Shown in pieces: positions 53,823 to 56,020 of a stretch of DNA of 56,020 nt (the first letter of the stretch is position 1; each line of letters starts with the position of its first letter). The position numbers and the translations under genes were made by a program. Location of the stretch: assembly GCA_050740755.1 (NCBI GenBank), contig JBOIDT010000002.1:1-56020 (forward strand). The letters are read 5' to 3'. Under the pieces are notes generated by a model. The model saw only the letters and a program-made list of their open reading frames with translations. It had not been told where the DNA came from and did no database searches. Source of the stretch: Gammaproteobacteria bacterium (GTDB lineage: Bacteria > Pseudomonadota > Gammaproteobacteria > JACCXJ01).

Positions 53823-54697
53823 TGGCCCTGCCCTCACGCCCCCCGGCGCACTACCGCAAGGTGGACCTGATGCAGTATGGCTTCGGCCAGGCGCAGGGCC
53901 CGGTGCTCGACACCGGGCCGGGCACGATCCTCTATATCGAGGACCTCACCGTCTCCTTCGACGGCTTCAAGGCCCTGAACGGACTCAGCTTGTACGTGGA
54001 CGACGGCGAGCTGCGTTGCCTGATCGGCCCGAACGGCGCCGGCAAGACCACGCTCATGGACGTCATCACCGGCAAGACCCGGCCCCAGCGCGGTACGGCT
54101 TATTTTGGCCATAACATCGACCTCCTGCGCCTTTCCGAGCCCGAGATCGCAAAGGCCGGGATCGGACGCAAGTTCCAGCGCCCCACGGTGTTCGAGCACC
54201 AGACGGTATTCGAAAACCTGTGGCTCGCACTCCACACCAACAAGGCGGTTTGGCCGACCTTGGTCGCGCGACTCAGCCGTGAGGCGCGCGAGCGCATCGA
54301 CGAGGTGCTCGCGATCATCGGCCTGTCGGGCGTCCGCGAGCGGCGCGCAGAGGTGCTCGCCCACGGCCAGAAGCAATGGCTCGAGATCGGGATGCTGCTC
54401 ATGCAGGACCCGAGGCTCCTGCTCCTCGATGAGCCGGTCGCGGGGATGACACATCAGGAGATCGAGCACACCGCGGCGCTGCTCCAATCCCTGGCCGGCC
54501 GCCACACGATCATCGTGGTTGAGCACGATATGGAGTTTGTCCGCTCCATCGGGCGTCGGGTCACGGTGCTTCATGAGGGGAGGGTGCTCGCCGAGGGCAA
54601 GATGCAGGACGTGCAGCAGAACCCCGAGGTGATAGAAGTCTACTTAGGAGATACGGCCGGGGGCGATCCAGGGAAGGCACATGCTCTCCATCACTGA
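53822..54697 (+). CDS. urtD: Urea ABC transporter ATP-binding protein UrtD
   Basis: The ATG overlaps the urtC stop (TGATG). GPNGAGKTT, LLLLDEPVAGM. Confidence 0.88.
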   Translation: MALPSRPPAHYRKVDLMQYGFGQAQGPVLDTGPGTILYIEDLTVSFDGFKALNGLSLYVDDGELRCLIGPNGAGKTTLMDVITGKTRPQRGTAYFGHNIDLLRLSEPEIAKAGIGRKFQRPTVFEHQTVFENLWLALHTNKAVWPTLVARLSREARERIDEVLAIIGLSGVRERRAEVLAHGQKQWLEIGMLLMQDPRLLLLDEPVAGMTHQEIEHTAALLQSLAGRHTIIVVEHDMEFVRSIGRRVTVLHEGRVLAEGKMQDVQQNPEVIEVYLGDTAGGDPGKAHALHH

Positions 54698-55415
54698 TCT
54701 CAACCAGTATTACGGTGAGAGTCACACGCTCTGGGACCTGAGCTTGGAGGTCCCGGAGGGCTCCTGCACCTGCCTCATGGGCCGCAATGGGGTCGGCAAG
54801 AGCACGCTCCTCAAGTGCGCGATGGGCCTCCTCCCGATCCGATCGGGTACCCTGCGGTTCGATGGCCGGGAGCTGACGCGCCTGCCGGCGCATGAGCGCG
54901 CGGCGCTCGGGATCGGCTATGTGCCGCAGGGGCGCGAGATCTTCCCCCTGCTCACGGTCGAGGAGAACCTGCGGGTGGGTCTGGGCGTCAAAACCAGGCG
55001 CGCCCGTCGCAGCCGTACCGGCCGTGGTCGTGCCAGCGGTAATCAAGGAATTCCGGCGCTGGTCTTCGAGACCTTCCCGGTGCTCGAGGACATGCTCCAC
55101 CGGCGCGGCGGCGATCTCTCGGGTGGCCAGCAGCAGCAGCTCGCCATCGGCCGCGCGCTGGTCCTGGAGCCGCGGCTCCTCGTGCTCGATGAGCCGACCG
55201 AGGGCATCCAGCCCAACATCGTCGCCGAGATCGGCGACATCATCCTGCGCCTCAACCGCGACCAGGGCCTCACGGTGCTCCTCGTCGAGCAGAAGCTGCC
55301 CTTCGCGCGACGGGTCGCGGATCGGTTTTACCTCATGGAGAGGGGGCGGCTGGTGGCCGGCGGCGCGATCGGCGAATTGCACGAGGAACTGGTGCGGCGG
55401 CATTTGACCGTCTAG
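54681..55415 (+). CDS. urtE: Urea ABC transporter ATP-binding protein UrtE (with an Arg-rich ~15-aa insertion)
   Basis: GRNGVGKST, LSGGQQQQLAIGRAL, LLVLDEPTEGIQP. Confidence 0.88.
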   Translation: MLSITDLNQYYGESHTLWDLSLEVPEGSCTCLMGRNGVGKSTLLKCAMGLLPIRSGTLRFDGRELTRLPAHERAALGIGYVPQGREIFPLLTVEENLRVGLGVKTRRARRSRTGRGRASGNQGIPALVFETFPVLEDMLHRRGGDLSGGQQQQLAIGRALVLEPRLLVLDEPTEGIQPNIVAEIGDIILRLNRDQGLTVLLVEQKLPFARRVADRFYLMERGRLVAGGAIGELHEELVRRHLTV

Positions 55416-55454
55416 AGTACTTGCATCATGAACTATGGTGCAAATGAGTCAAGT

Positions 55455-56020
55455 TTATCCGGCGGCGAGTTGTGCCTCCTGACAGGCTTGGTCGATGAGG
55501 GTTTGAAGCCTCTCGAAGGCAGCGCGGATAGGGGAGCGGGCGGATGGCGCGTTGGGAGCGATGCCGGCGAGGATAGGTCGCAAGAGCCGGGTGTAGGTGC
55601 GGGAGAAGAACAGCGCCACGCGTAATCCCAGGGTCGTGGGTTCGTACCGTCACCGGACGGTCGAGCACCTGGGTCAGAGAGAATTCGGCTTGCAGGATCG
55701 ACACCTGATAGCGGTATTCCGCCCGACGGTCCTTGGCAGAGTAGGGGTGGGGGAGCTTCCACAGCCACTTCCTCAACAGGGCGTCGAGCGTCGAAGCAGA
55801 CAATCCGTCGCACAGGGCTTGGGCGCGTCTCGGGTCCTCACAGGACAAGACTCCGTTGTCCAGCGCCTCATAGGCAACCCCCCGTTGCGTGAGCCGCCGC
55901 TTGAGGTACTCGTGCCCGTTCAAACACAACTTGGCGGTGTAGGGAAAGTAGGTGCAGAACTTCAAGAAGAACGGACCGAAGTCCCGGTCCACACAGTACA
56001 CATAGAAGTGATTGACCATC
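55455..56020 (-). pseudogene. Remnant of a conserved hypothetical gene (family not named), internally deleted or frameshifted and cut by the window edge
   Basis: The N-part VNHFYVYCVDRDFGPFFLKFCTYFPYTAKLCLNGHEYLKRRL...LSILQAEFSLTQVLDRPVT turns to junk. Another frame reads YEPTTLGLRVALFFSRTYTRLLRPILAGIAPN...AFERLQTLIDQACQEAQLAAG* and ends at 55455. Confidence 0.45.

Overview
High-GC proteobacterial chromosomal segment; gene content and synteny look gammaproteobacterial. No rRNA, tRNA, CRISPR array, transposase or integrase was recognised. The backbone is housekeeping: queD-phhB-moaA, glnA, ubiA-recG-ridA, yebC-ruvC-ruvA, ilvA/rpiA, copAB, a leucine-catabolism liu operon and urtBCDE. Accessory material is inserted at several points. 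(1) A cobalamin-riboswitch operon btuB / btuM-like / cobO is followed by a near-identical second copy of the same riboswitch leader. That copy drives an unusual trio: an OprB-like porin, a secreted YVTN beta-propeller and a PDZ-less S41 peptidase. This is my top candidate for an undescribed system, a B12-repressed corrinoid-capture module. (2) A two-gene cassette, P-loop ATPase plus a protein with a P-loop-less N-domain and about 11 TPR repeats, is inserted exactly at the liuB/liuC junction. A GmrSD-like DUF262/DUF1524 nuclease lies just beyond liuC, so this may be a defence or conflict island. The ATPase frame is broken by a G6 homopolymer, which makes the ORF track show one fused 1205-aa ORF. 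(3) A PIN/RHH toxin-antitoxin cassette is inserted in the ilvA-rpiA divergent promoter. All three insertions are bounded by direct repeats of the neighbouring host gene ends, about 135 bp, 228 bp and 20-40 bp respectively. That is not a transposon signature and suggests Campbell-type single-crossover integration. Other features: several degraded TA loci, a 17-bp tandem array starting in the last codons of glnA, 15-bp in-frame duplications at CDS termini, G-tract-rich nested inverted repeats upstream of glnA, and frameshifted or internally deleted gene remnants. All calls rest on reading the translations and by-eye alignment. Start codons are approximate, and family names are from recognition only, with no searches run.
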